Below are positions 54,956 to 64,000 of a stretch of DNA of 64,000 bases, one piece after another. The notes beneath the pieces are model-generated. The model searched no databases. It was not told the DNA's origin and was given only the letters and a program-made list of their open reading frames with translations. Both the position numbers and the translations under genes were made by a program. The stretch comes from Candidatus Spongiisociaceae bacterium (lineage in GTDB: Bacteria > Actinomycetota > Acidimicrobiia > Spongiisociales > Spongiisociaceae): assembly GCA_965202665.1 (NCBI GenBank), contig OZ241841.1:1984001-2048000 (forward strand), given 5' to 3'. Numbering within the stretch: the stretch's first letter is position 1; every line of letters starts with the position of its first letter.

Positions 54956-55789
54956 ATGCCGGTCCGAGGCCGCAAGCCCACTTCGCCCGGACGCCGCTTC
55001 CAGACGGTCTCCGATTTTGCCTCCGTCACCAAAGACAAGCCGGAGAAGTCGCTGCTGGCCAAGCAGAAGCGTTCTTCGGGCCGCAACACCCACGGCCGCA
55101 TCACCTCCCGGCATCGGGGCGGCGGCCACAAGCGCCGCTACCGGATCGTGGATTTCCGCCGGGAGAAGGACGCGGTTCCGGCCAAGGTGGCGGCGGTGGA
55201 ATACGACCCCAACCGCAACGCCCGCCTCGCCCTGCTCCACTACTTGGACGGCGAAAAACGCTACATCCTGCATCCGGCGGGGGTGCAGGTGGGGGACATC
55301 TTGCAGTCCGGTTCCGGGGCCGAAATCCGGCCCGGCAACGCCCTGCCTTTGCGCAACATTCCGGCCGGGGCCATCGTGCACGCGGTGGAGTTGCGGCCGG
55401 GCGGGGGGGCCAAGATGGTCCGGTCGGCCGGGGCCGGGGCGCAGCTGATGTCCAAAGAGGCTGGGCGGGCCCTGTTGCGCCTGCCGTCCGGCGAGGTGCG
55501 CAATGTTCCTTTGGACTGCCGGGCCACCATAGGACAGGTGGGCAACGCCGAGGCCGAATTAATCAAAATCGGCAAAGCGGGCCGCAACCGCTGGAAGGGG
55601 GTCCGCCCCCAGACGCGGGGAGTGGCCATGAACCCGGTGGATCACCCGCTGGGCGGCGGCGAGGGCAAGTCCTCGGGCGGACGGCATCCGGTGTCCCCCT
55701 GGGGCAAGCCGGAGGGCCGCACCCGGGACCGCAACAAGGCCAGCAACCGGGACATCGTACGCAGGCGGACCCGAAAGCGCCGGAGGTAG
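54956..55789 (+). CDS. rplB: 50S ribosomal protein L2
   Basis: [25 protein letters not shown]. Confidence 0.98.
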   Translation: MPVRGRKPTSPGRRFQTVSDFASVTKDKPEKSLLAKQKRSSGRNTHGRITSRHRGGGHKRRYRIVDFRREKDAVPAKVAAVEYDPNRNARLALLHYLDGEKRYILHPAGVQVGDILQSGSGAEIRPGNALPLRNIPAGAIVHAVELRPGGGAKMVRSAGAGAQLMSKEAGRALLRLPSGEVRNVPLDCRATIGQVGNAEAELIKIGKAGRNRWKGVRPQTRGVAMNPVDHPLGGGEGKSSGGRHPVSPWGKPEGRTRDRNKASNRDIVRRRTRKRRR

Positions 55790-55792
55790 GAA

Positions 55793-56074
55793 ATGGCCCG
55801 CAGTCTCAAAAAAGGCCCCTTCGTGGACGGTCATTTGCTCCGCAAGGTGGAGGCCCTCAACCGCAGCGGCCAAAAGAACGTCATCCGCACTTGGAGCCGG
55901 CGCAGCACCATCATCCCCGATATGGTGGGTCACATCATCGCCGTGCACGACGGCCGCAAGCACGTGCCGGTTTACATTTCCGAGTCCATGGTGGGGCACA
56001 AATTGGGCGAGTTCGCCCCCACCCGCACATTTCGCGGCCACGCCGGGAGCAAAGAGAAGGCGGCCGGAAGATGA
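55793..56074 (+). CDS. rpsS: 30S ribosomal protein S19
   Basis: [23 protein letters not shown]. Confidence 0.97.
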   Translation: MARSLKKGPFVDGHLLRKVEALNRSGQKNVIRTWSRRSTIIPDMVGHIIAVHDGRKHVPVYISESMVGHKLGEFAPTRTFRGHAGSKEKAAGR

Positions 56075-56436
56075 GGGCCGTCGCCCACGCCCGCTATATT
56101 CGCCAGTCGCCCTACAAGGTGCGTTTGGTGCTGGATCAGGTGCGGGGGCGCCCGGCGTCCGAGGCGCGGACGGCCCTGCGCTTCTCCAACCGCCGCGCCG
56201 CCGGCCCTATCTTGAAATGCCTGGATTCGGCCATCGCCAACCTCAACTCCAAGTTTGATCTGGGGCAGGACGTGGATTCTCTGGCCGGCGAAGTGAGGGT
56301 GGAGGAGGCTTACGCCGGCGAGGGGCCGACCCTGAAAAGGTTCCGTCCCCGGGCCCGGGGGCGGGCCGCCCGCATCCGCAAGCGCACCAGCCATATCACG
56401 ATTGTGGTTTCCGATGAACGGGAGGAGAGGGAATAG
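56071..56436 (+). CDS. rplV: 50S ribosomal protein L22
   Basis: [31 protein letters not shown]. Confidence 0.96.
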   Translation: MRAVAHARYIRQSPYKVRLVLDQVRGRPASEARTALRFSNRRAAGPILKCLDSAIANLNSKFDLGQDVDSLAGEVRVEEAYAGEGPTLKRFRPRARGRAARIRKRTSHITIVVSDEREERE

Positions 56437-57467
56437 TGGGGCAGAAAACCCACCCGTACGGGTTCCGTTTGGGCATCGTCACTGACTGGAAGTCGCGTTG
56501 GTTCTCCAACAAGGAATACCAGGACCTGGCCAATCAGGATTATCAGATCCGCGACTACCTGTGGCGGGAGTTGGCGCGGGGGGCGGTGTCCCGCATCGAT
56601 GTGGAACGCACCCGCGACAAGCTGGTGGTGGAGGTGCACACCGCCCGTCCCGGGGTGGTGATCGGACGCAAAGGGGCGGAGGCGGACCGCATCCGCAACG
56701 GTTTGGAGAAGATGGCGGGCCAACCGGTGAAGTTGAACGTGGTGGAGGTGAAAGAGCCCGACTCCGACGCCCTGTTGCTGGCCCGGGGAGTGGCCGACCA
56801 GTTGGAGAACCGGGTGGCTTTCCGCCGGGCTATGAAACGGGCGGTGCAGACGGCGCTGACCGCCGGGGCGGAAGGGGTGCGCGTGGAATGCTCGGGCCGC
56901 CTGGGCGGGGCCGATATGGGACGCCGGGAATGGTACCGGGAGGGACGGGTGCCTTTGCATACCCTGCGGGCCGACATTGACTACGGCCGGGCCACGGCCC
57001 GCACCACGGTGGGGGCCATCGGCGTCAAAGTGTGGGTCTACAAGGGGGATCTGGTTTCTTCTTTGAAGACCACCCGCGAGAAAATCGCCGCTGAGGCGGC
57101 CCTGGCCGCGGGCGGTCCCGCCGGACGGGTGATTTCGGCCAAGAGCCGGGCCGAGCAACGCACCGGCGAACGCAAGACCCCCCGCGTCATCGAAGCGGGG
57201 GGCGGCAAGCGCCTGATCGAAGCGGGCGGCGGCCGCAAGGTGACCGCGGCCGAGGCCCGTTCCGAATACCGGGAGGCGGTGGAGGATCAAGAGGAGAAAC
57301 TGGACATCCTGTCCGACTCCGGGGCCGATGAGGCGGGCGACTCTGATGCCGGGGAGCATACCCCGGAGGAGAGGGTCGGGGCGCCGGGTGATGGGACGGC
57401 GCCCGCCGACGGGACGGCCGAGGATTCGGATCCCCCCTCCTCCGAGGCGGGCGGGGAGGAAGAATAA
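56436..57467 (+). CDS. rpsC: 30S ribosomal protein S3 (long C-terminal tail)
   Basis: [36 protein letters not shown]. Confidence 0.97.
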   Translation: MGQKTHPYGFRLGIVTDWKSRWFSNKEYQDLANQDYQIRDYLWRELARGAVSRIDVERTRDKLVVEVHTARPGVVIGRKGAEADRIRNGLEKMAGQPVKLNVVEVKEPDSDALLLARGVADQLENRVAFRRAMKRAVQTALTAGAEGVRVECSGRLGGADMGRREWYREGRVPLHTLRADIDYGRATARTTVGAIGVKVWVYKGDLVSSLKTTREKIAAEAALAAGGPAGRVISAKSRAEQRTGERKTPRVIEAGGGKRLIEAGGGRKVTAAEARSEYREAVEDQEEKLDILSDSGADEAGDSDAGEHTPEERVGAPGDGTAPADGTAEDSDPPSSEAGGEEE

Positions 57468-57880
57468 TGTTGATGCCCAAACGCACCAAGTACCGCAAGG
57501 TGCACCGGGGCCGCATGCGGGGCTACGCCAAGGGCGGGTCCGCCGTTTCCTTCGGCGACTACGGGATCCAGGCCTTGGAGCCGGGGCACATCACCGCCCG
57601 CCAGATCGAGTCGGCCCGGGTGGCCATCACCCGCACCGTGCGACGGGGCGGCAAGGTGTGGATAAATATTTTCCCGGACAAGCCGATGACGGCCAAACCG
57701 GCTGAGACCCGCATGGGATCCGGCAAAGGCAACCCCGAGTTCTGGGTGGCGGTGGTCAAACCGGGGCGGGTGATGATGGAGTTGTCCGGGGTGGGCGAGG
57801 ATTTGGCCCGGGAGGCGATCCGCAAGGCGGGCCACAAGTTGCCCATCAAAACCAAGTTCGTGGTGAGGGAGACCGGATGA
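57467..57880 (+). CDS. rplP: 50S ribosomal protein L16
   Basis: [20 protein letters not shown]. Confidence 0.97.
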   Translation: MLMPKRTKYRKVHRGRMRGYAKGGSAVSFGDYGIQALEPGHITARQIESARVAITRTVRRGGKVWINIFPDKPMTAKPAETRMGSGKGNPEFWVAVVKPGRVMMELSGVGEDLAREAIRKAGHKLPIKTKFVVRETG

Positions 57881-58314
57881 AGACTTACGAAGCGCGCGAG
57901 ATGACCTATGCGGAGCTGGTCGAAAAGTTGGAGGAGGCCAAGGATGACCTGTTCAACCTGCGCTTCCAGCTGGCGGTCAGCCAATCCGACAACACCGCCC
58001 GCTTGGGCGAGTTGCGCCGGGACATCGCCCGCATGAGAACCGTGCTCAACGAATGGGAGCGGGACGGCCGCCCCCTCGGCTACGAAGAGGGGGAATATGA
58101 ATGGGAGTCCCCGCCAGTCGACGAAACCGACGCCGAATTCCCAGAGGAGGAAGAAGCGGCGGCGGAGGAGGAGGATGCAGGGCCGATTCTGGAGGAGGAG
58201 ACGGCGGCCGCTCCGTCCGATGAGCAAGAAGAGCAGGATGATGATTCCGTCGAGGAGCAAGCGGAGGAGGATGCCAAGCCCCGCCGCCGCTGGGGCAGGC
58301 GGAGTAAGAAATGA
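57877..58314 (+). CDS. rpmC: 50S ribosomal protein L29 with acidic extension
   Basis: [16 protein letters not shown] core plus ~80-aa Glu-rich tail. Confidence 0.93.
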   Translation: MKTYEAREMTYAELVEKLEEAKDDLFNLRFQLAVSQSDNTARLGELRRDIARMRTVLNEWERDGRPLGYEEGEYEWESPPVDETDAEFPEEEEAAAEEEDAGPILEEETAAAPSDEQEEQDDDSVEEQAEEDAKPRRRWGRRSKK

Positions 58315-58574
58315 ACCAGGCTTCGCGTCCCCGCCGCAAGACCCGCACCGGGATAGTCATTTCCAACGCCCGGGACAAAACGGTCACCGTGCAGGTGAGG
58401 CGCGCCACCCGCCACCCCCGTTACGGCAAGATCGTGCCCGCTTTTAAAAACTTCCACGCCCATGACGAGGACAACGAATCCCGGGTGGGGGACCGGGTGC
58501 GCATCGTGGAAACCCGTCCCCTGTCCAAGACCAAGCGCTGGCGGGTGGCGGAGATTGTGGAGCGAGCCCGATGA
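58311..58574 (+). CDS. rpsQ: 30S ribosomal protein S17
   Basis: [23 protein letters not shown]. Confidence 0.96.
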   Translation: MNQASRPRRKTRTGIVISNARDKTVTVQVRRATRHPRYGKIVPAFKNFHAHDEDNESRVGDRVRIVETRPLSKTKRWRVAEIVERAR

Positions 58575-58939
58575 TCGGACAGGAGTCCCGTCTCAAAGTG
58601 GCCGACAACAGCGGCGCCCGGGAGGTGCTATGCATCCGCGTGCTGGGCGGTTCCCGCCGTCGCTACGCCCGGGTGGGGGATATGATCGTGGCCACCGTCA
58701 AAGAGGCCTCCCCCGGTTCCAACGTGCGCAAAGGGGAGGTGGTGAGGGCGGTGGTGGTGCGCACCGCCAAAGAACAACGGCGCCGGGACGGAACCTACAT
58801 CCGGTTCGACGACAACGCCTGCGTGTTGCTCAACGACCAGCGCCTGCCGCGCGGCACCCGCATTTTCGGCCCGGTGGCCCGCGAGTTGCGCGACCGGCGG
58901 TTCATGCGCATCGTTTCGCTGGCCCCGGAGGTGCTGTGA
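58571..58939 (+). CDS. rplN: 50S ribosomal protein L14
   Basis: [26 protein letters not shown]. Confidence 0.98.
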   Translation: MIGQESRLKVADNSGAREVLCIRVLGGSRRRYARVGDMIVATVKEASPGSNVRKGEVVRAVVVRTAKEQRRRDGTYIRFDDNACVLLNDQRLPRGTRIFGPVARELRDRRFMRIVSLAPEVL

Positions 58940-59244
58940 TGGCCGTTCGGGAAGGAGACCGGGTGATGGTGATCACCGGCAAGGACAAGGGACGGGAGTC
59001 CCGCGTGTCTAGGGTCATCCCCGATCGGGGGCAGGTAATCGTGGAAGGGGTGAACGTGGTGAAGCGCCACCAACGTTCCACCGGCCGCACCCTGCAGGCG
59101 GGGATCATCGAAAAGAACATGCCCATTGACATTTCCAACGTGATGCTGATGTGCCCGGAGTGCGGCCCGGTGCGCACCGGGGCCGGTTTCGACGAAGCGG
59201 GAAACAAGTTCCGCCGGTGCGTGAAATGCGATCAGGAGATCTGA
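58939..59244 (+). CDS. rplX: 50S ribosomal protein L24
   Basis: GDRVMVITGKDKG, VEGVN, PIDISNVM; two CxxC. Confidence 0.95.
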   Translation: MAVREGDRVMVITGKDKGRESRVSRVIPDRGQVIVEGVNVVKRHQRSTGRTLQAGIIEKNMPIDISNVMLMCPECGPVRTGAGFDEAGNKFRRCVKCDQEI

Positions 59245-59831
59245 TGGCGGACTCCGCAAACGGCCAAACTCCCCCGCCCCGTTTCAAAGTCCGTTACCGG
59301 GAGTTCGTGCACGCCCACCTGCAGGGGAAGCTGGGTTTGGACAACCCGATGCTGGTGCCCGACTTGGACAAGATAGTGGTCAACATGGGGGTGGGGGAGG
59401 CGGTGGCCGACGGCAAGCAGATCACCTCGGCCATGGAGGAGCTGGCGGTGATCACCGGTCAGAAGCCCCGCCTCAACCGGGCCAAACGTTCCATCGCCAA
59501 CTTCAAAGTGCGGGCCGGCAATCCGGTGGGGGCGTCGGTCACCATGCGCGGCGACCGGGCTTGGGAGTTTCTGGATCGCCTGATTACCATTTCCATACCC
59601 CGCATCCGCGATTTCCGGGGACTCAACCCGCGGGCTTTCGACGGACGGGGCAACTATTCTTTCGGGGTGAGCGAACAGCTCATTTTCCCGGAGGTTGATT
59701 ACGACAAGGTGACGGCCGTGCGCGGCATGGACATCACCATATGCACCACCTCCGCCGACGACGAGGGGGCGGCCGCCTTTTTGGAAGCTTTCGGCTTTCC
59801 GTTCCGCGGTACCACCCCCACCGCGGTGTAG
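59244..59831 (+). CDS. rplE: 50S ribosomal protein L5
   Basis: [24 protein letters not shown]. Confidence 0.97.
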   Translation: MADSANGQTPPPRFKVRYREFVHAHLQGKLGLDNPMLVPDLDKIVVNMGVGEAVADGKQITSAMEELAVITGQKPRLNRAKRSIANFKVRAGNPVGASVTMRGDRAWEFLDRLITISIPRIRDFRGLNPRAFDGRGNYSFGVSEQLIFPEVDYDKVTAVRGMDITICTTSADDEGAAAFLEAFGFPFRGTTPTAV

Positions 59832-59856
59832 GCGGACCGGGCAAGGAGAGCGCAAG

Positions 59857-60162
59857 ATGGCAAAAAAATCAATGATCGCCAAAAACAAGCGGCGCCAAGA
59901 GTTGGTTGCCCGCTACCGGGAGCGACGGTCCGAAGCGCTGGCCGTGATCAAGAACCCGGAAGCCTCTTTGGAGGACAAGCGGGAAGCCTATGACCTGATC
60001 GCCAAGATGCCCCGCGACGCCAGTCCCACCCGCAGCCGCAATCGGTGCCGGGTGAGCGGCCGGCCGCGCGGTTACCTGCGCCGCTTCGGCATGTCCCGGA
60101 TTGCGGTGCGGGAGTTGGCCCATCGCGGCGAATTGCCGGGCGTGGTCAAGTCCTCCTGGTAA
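59857..60162 (+). CDS. rpsN: 30S ribosomal protein S14, long Zn-independent (C-) form, 101 aa
   Basis: [31 protein letters not shown]; only one Cys. Confidence 0.95.
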   Translation: MAKKSMIAKNKRRQELVARYRERRSEALAVIKNPEASLEDKREAYDLIAKMPRDASPTRSRNRCRVSGRPRGYLRRFGMSRIAVRELAHRGELPGVVKSSW

Positions 60163-60187
60163 GGCGACGGGCAAGGAGAGAAGCGAC

Positions 60188-60589
60188 ATGATGACCGACC
60201 CCATCGCCGACATGCTCACCCGCATCCGCAACGGCAACCAGGCTTTGCACAAGGTGGTGACCATGCCCTCCTCTAAAATGAAGGAGGAGATCGCCAAATT
60301 GCTGGCCTTCGAGGGCTATGTGGACGGATACGACGTTTCCCCCGCCCCCCAGGGCAAGGAGCTCAGCATCCGCCTCAAATACACCGGCCGCTCCGACCGG
60401 GACCCCATCTTGCGCGGCTTGCGCCGGATTTCCAGCCCCGGCCGTCGCATCTACCAGGGGGCGGGCGAACTGCCCCGTTCCCAGGGCGGCCTGGGCACCA
60501 TCGTGGTGTCCACCTCCGAGGGACTGATGTCCGACCGGGAGGCCCGCCGCCGCCGGCTGGGCGGCGAGATAGTTTGCGAAGTTTGGTGA
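60188..60589 (+). CDS. rpsH: 30S ribosomal protein S8
   Basis: TDPIADMLTRIRN, SSPGRRIY, GGEIVCEVW. Confidence 0.97.
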   Translation: MMTDPIADMLTRIRNGNQALHKVVTMPSSKMKEEIAKLLAFEGYVDGYDVSPAPQGKELSIRLKYTGRSDRDPILRGLRRISSPGRRIYQGAGELPRSQGGLGTIVVSTSEGLMSDREARRRRLGGEIVCEVW

Positions 60590-60614
60590 GCGGGGCGAGG
60601 GCGAGGAGCAACGG

Positions 60615-61166
60615 ATGAGCAGGATCGGACGGCTTCCCATTCCCATTCCCGACGGGGTGGAAGTGGAGGTCCGGGAGGGCGCCCGCCCCCGAGTGACCGT
60701 CACCGGTCCGAGGGGGGCGTTGGAACGCACCTTCGGCGAGCGGGTGGCGGTGACCGTGCGGGACGGACAGTGCCTGGTGACCCGCATGAACGACGAAGCC
60801 CCCTCCCGCGCCCATCACGGCCTGACCAGGGCCCTGCTCAACAACATGATCATCGGGGTTTCCCAAGGCTACAGCAAGACTTTGAAGATCGTGGGGGTGG
60901 GCTACCGGGCGTCCGCCAAAGACGGAGGATTGGATATTCAGATCGGTTTCAGCCACAATGTGGAGGTTTCCGGCGTGGAGGGAGTGGAATTCGACGTTCC
61001 CGATCCCACCACCATCATCGTGAAAGGCCGCGACAAGGAGTTGGTGGGCCAAGTGGCGGCCGACATTCGCAAAATCCGCCCCCCCGAGCCCTACAAGGGC
61101 AAGGGCATCCGCTACGAGAACGAATACGTGCGACGCAAGGGCGGCAAGACGGGAGTGACCACCTAA
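60615..61166 (+). CDS. rplF: 50S ribosomal protein L6
   Basis: [22 protein letters not shown]. Confidence 0.97.
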   Translation: MSRIGRLPIPIPDGVEVEVREGARPRVTVTGPRGALERTFGERVAVTVRDGQCLVTRMNDEAPSRAHHGLTRALLNNMIIGVSQGYSKTLKIVGVGYRASAKDGGLDIQIGFSHNVEVSGVEGVEFDVPDPTTIIVKGRDKELVGQVAADIRKIRPPEPYKGKGIRYENEYVRRKGGKTGVTT

Positions 61167-61534
61167 TGAGCGACATCCAAATTTCCCGCCGGCGCCGCCT
61201 GGGACGACTGCGCCGCCACCGGCGGGTGCGCAAGGGCCTGTCGGGCGCCGCCGACCGCCCCAGGTTGGCCGTGTTCCGCAGCAACCGTTACATTTACGCC
61301 CAAGTGATCGATGACTCCTCCGGGCGTACTTTGGCCGCCGCTTCCTCCCAGGAATCGGATTTGCGGGAACGCACCCTCACCGTGCAGACCGCTTCCGCGG
61401 TCGGGACGTTGCTGGCCGAGCGGGCGGCCGCGGCCGGCGTGGAGCGGGTGGTGTTCGATCGGGGCGGTTACGCCTATCACGGCCGGGTGAAAGCCTTGGC
61501 CCAAGCAGCCCGGGAGGCCGGCCTTGACTTCTAG
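61166..61534 (+). CDS. rplR: 50S ribosomal protein L18
   Basis: [32 protein letters not shown]. Confidence 0.96.
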   Translation: MSDIQISRRRRLGRLRRHRRVRKGLSGAADRPRLAVFRSNRYIYAQVIDDSSGRTLAAASSQESDLRERTLTVQTASAVGTLLAERAAAAGVERVVFDRGGYAYHGRVKALAQAAREAGLDF

Positions 61535-62078
61535 AAGAGATTCCCAGCCCGGCGCCCCCTACGACGAGCGGGTGGTGCAGATCAACCGGGTGGCCAAGGT
61601 GGTGAAAGGCGGGCGCCGGTTTTCATTCACCGCCCTGGTGGTGGTGGGGGACGGTGAAGGACGGGTGGGGGTCGGCTACGGCAAAGCCAAGGAGGTGCCG
61701 TCCGCCATTCAGAAGGGGATCGAGGCGGCCCGCCGGGCCATGTTCACCGTTCCCATGGCGGGCACCACCATCATCCACGAGGTGATGGGACGGCAGGGGG
61801 CGTCGCGGGTGTTGCTCAAGCCCGCCTCCCCCGGCACCGGGGTGATCGCCGGTGCGGCGGTGCGCCAGATTCTGGAAGCGGCCGGGGTGCGGGACGTCTT
61901 GGGCAAGTCGCTGGGTTCGCCCACCCACTTGAACGTGGCCAAAGCCACGGTCAACGCCTTGCGCTCCCAGTTGCGCCCGGAGGAGGTGGCGGCCGCCCGG
62001 GGCAAAACGCCGGAGGAGGTGACCCCTCCCGCCCTGCTGGCCGCCTACCGCTCAGCTGAGATGGCCCGGGCCGACTGA
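61524..62078 (+). CDS. rpsE: 30S ribosomal protein S5
   Basis: [25 protein letters not shown]. Confidence 0.97.
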   Translation: MTSRRDSQPGAPYDERVVQINRVAKVVKGGRRFSFTALVVVGDGEGRVGVGYGKAKEVPSAIQKGIEAARRAMFTVPMAGTTIIHEVMGRQGASRVLLKPASPGTGVIAGAAVRQILEAAGVRDVLGKSLGSPTHLNVAKATVNALRSQLRPEEVAAARGKTPEEVTPPALLAAYRSAEMARAD

Positions 62079-62101
62079 CGGCGGGAGAAAGAGGTTTCCC
62101 G

Positions 62102-62311
62102 ATGGCCGAAAAGTCACCCGCCCCATCCGGCAGGTTGCGCATAACTTTGCGGCGCAGCCTGATCGGGGAAAAGCCCAAAACCCGGGCCACGGTGCGCGGT
62201 TTGGGCCTGCGCCGCATTGATTCCGTCGTGGAGCACGCCGACACCCCCGACGTCCGGGGCATGGTGCGGCGGGTCATCCACCTAGTGGAAGTGGAAGAGG
62301 TTTCCCGGTGA
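62102..62311 (+). CDS. rpmD: 50S ribosomal protein L30
   Basis: [24 protein letters not shown]. Confidence 0.94.
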   Translation: MAEKSPAPSGRLRITLRRSLIGEKPKTRATVRGLGLRRIDSVVEHADTPDVRGMVRRVIHLVEVEEVSR

Positions 62312-62838
62312 ACGCCGAAGAGAACGCCGTGCCGGATTCCGCCGCCCCGCCGGAGGGGGAAGTAGCCGAAGAGGGGATCGCCGGGGGGAGGGGCGGCCAG
62401 TTGAAACTCCATCATCTGCGCCCGGCCCCCGGCTCCAAGCGCCGCAAGATACGGGTGGGCCGGGGGGAGTCGGGACGGCGCGGCAAAACCGCCGGGCGGG
62501 GCATGAAGGGCCGCCTGGCCCGGGGCAAGATGCGCCCCGGCTTTGAAGGGGGCCAGACCCCGCTCCAGTCCCGCATTCCCCACTTGCGCGGTTTCAAGCC
62601 GGTCAACCGGCGGGAGTTTACGGTGGTCAATGTGGACGACCTCCGCGTTTTTCAAAAGGATTCGGCGGTGTCGGTGGACGACCTGCGCGACCAGGGCTTG
62701 GCCCGCAAACGGGGCCGGGTGAAGGTGCTGGGCCGGGGGGAGTTGGACAAACCGCTGGTGGTGCAGGCGCACGCCTTCAGCGCCTCGGCCCGGGCCAAGA
62801 TCGAAGCGGCCGGCGGCCAATGCGAAGTCGTGGAATGA
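62308..62838 (+). CDS. rplO: 50S ribosomal protein L15 (start uncertain; TTG 62401 is an alternative)
   Basis: [39 protein letters not shown]. Confidence 0.94.
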   Translation: MNAEENAVPDSAAPPEGEVAEEGIAGGRGGQLKLHHLRPAPGSKRRKIRVGRGESGRRGKTAGRGMKGRLARGKMRPGFEGGQTPLQSRIPHLRGFKPVNRREFTVVNVDDLRVFQKDSAVSVDDLRDQGLARKRGRVKVLGRGELDKPLVVQAHAFSASARAKIEAAGGQCEVVE

Positions 62839-62872
62839 CCGGTCGGCCGATGTTTCATCCGGAGGCGGCGGG

Positions 62873-64000
62873 ATGCTGAGCGTTTACCGTTACATGTTCC
62901 AGATCCCCGATTTGCGGGGAAAGATTTTCTTCACGCTGGCCATCTTCGCCATTTACCGGTTCGGGGCGGCGGTTCCGGTGCCGGGGGTGGAGCTGGATCG
63001 CCTGGAACTGCTGGCCGGTCAAACGCAGGGGGGCGCGTTGGGCCTGCTCAACCTGTTTTCCGGCAACGCGTTGGAGAACCTGTCGGTGTTCAGCCTGGGG
63101 GTTATTCCCTACATAACCGCCTCCATCATCATGCAGTTGCTGACGGTGGTCATCCCCAAACTGCAGAAATTGCAGGAGGAGGGGCAGTCGGGGCGGGAGG
63201 TGATCACCAAATGGACCCGGATCGTGACCGTGGTGCTGGCCCTGCTCCAGTCCACCGGCCTCACTTTCCTGTTCAGCCGGGAGACCAGTTTCACCGGCGG
63301 GGTGGTGGTCATCCCCGACTACACCCCCACCCGGGTGATGATCATGGTTATCACGATGACCGCCGGCACCGCCTTTGTGATGTGGCTGGGCGAGCTGATT
63401 ACGCAACGGGGGGTGGGCAACGGGATGTCGCTTTTGATTTTCATCAGCATCGTGGCCGCCCTCCCCAGCCAGTTTTCCCTTATCTGGCAGTACACGGTTC
63501 CCAACGGCCAGACGATTATTTTCGCGCTCATCCTGGTCCTGTTTTTGGCCATGACGGTGGGCATAATTTTCGTGGAGCAAGGGCAACGGCGAATACCCAT
63601 CCAGTTCGCCAAACGCATCCGGGGGCGGCGGGTGATGGGCGGCCAAAGCACCTACATTCCGCTCAAAATCAACATGGCGGGGGTGATCCCGGTGATCTTC
63701 GCCACCTCCATTCTGTTTTTCCCGGTCATCCTGTCCACCTCCCTGCCCGCCGCGGGCGGTTTCTTCGCCGGCATGCGCGATTTCGTAAACCGGCACCTGT
63801 CCCCGTCCGGCTTTGAAACCGGCGCCACCAGCTGGGCGTACATCGGGGTGCTCTTTTTCCTGATCGTGTTCTTCACCTACTTCTACACTTCCATCCAGTT
63901 TGATCCGGTGCGGCAGTCGGAGATGATCCAGCGCCAAGGCGGGTTCATTCCCGGCCAGCGCCCCGGCCAGCAGACCTCCCGCTACCTGTCCCGCATCCTG
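62873..64000 (+). CDS. secY: Preprotein translocase subunit SecY, 3' truncated by window edge
   Basis: IPDLRGKIFFTL, LGVIPYITASIIMQLL, GVGNGMSL, PLKINMAGVIPVIFA, GGFIPG.RPG. Confidence 0.96.
   Translation, partial: MLSVYRYMFQIPDLRGKIFFTLAIFAIYRFGAAVPVPGVELDRLELLAGQTQGGALGLLNLFSGNALENLSVFSLGVIPYITASIIMQLLTVVIPKLQKLQEEGQSGREVITKWTRIVTVVLALLQSTGLTFLFSRETSFTGGVVVIPDYTPTRVMIMVITMTAGTAFVMWLGELITQRGVGNGMSLLIFISIVAALPSQFSLIWQYTVPNGQTIIFALILVLFLAMTVGIIFVEQGQRRIPIQFAKRIRGRRVMGGQSTYIPLKINMAGVIPVIFATSILFFPVILSTSLPAAGGFFAGMRDFVNRHLSPSGFETGATSWAYIGVLFFLIVFFTYFYTSIQFDPVRQSEMIQRQGGFIPGQRPGQQTSRYLSRIL

Overview
High-GC actinobacterial chromosome segment; the actinobacterial-type RpoC/ClpC and the gene content suggest Acidimicrobiia (inference only). 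The left half holds pantothenate/CoA genes, lysS, clpC and two mosaic substrate-binding lipoproteins (BMP-ProX and ProX-ProX). It continues with a small accessory island (NYN RNase, three predicted small-RNA transcription units, an internally deleted IS481), ppc and a frameshifted AlbA_2/Schlafen ATP-binding gene. Next come a C1/methyl-oxidation cluster (DmdA-like demethylase, selenocysteine formate dehydrogenase with SECIS, Fhs), back-to-back betaine-type and nucleoside-type ABC transporters without binding proteins, and a 77-bp tandem repeat before an AAA ATPase. The right half is the core rplJL-rpoBC-str-S10-spc cluster up to a partial secY. The main anomalies are: (1) a NYN nuclease followed by a separately promoted two-hairpin small RNA, present in two copies (candidate RNA-antitoxin system); (2) a tuf gene whose first 325 codons all end in G or T, with a weaker C/T drift in other repeated DNA; (3) an RpoC that has lost its second Zn site, carries a 42-aa internal duplication and ends in a ~320-aa coiled-coil tail. 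All calls come from reading the sequence; no database searches were run.
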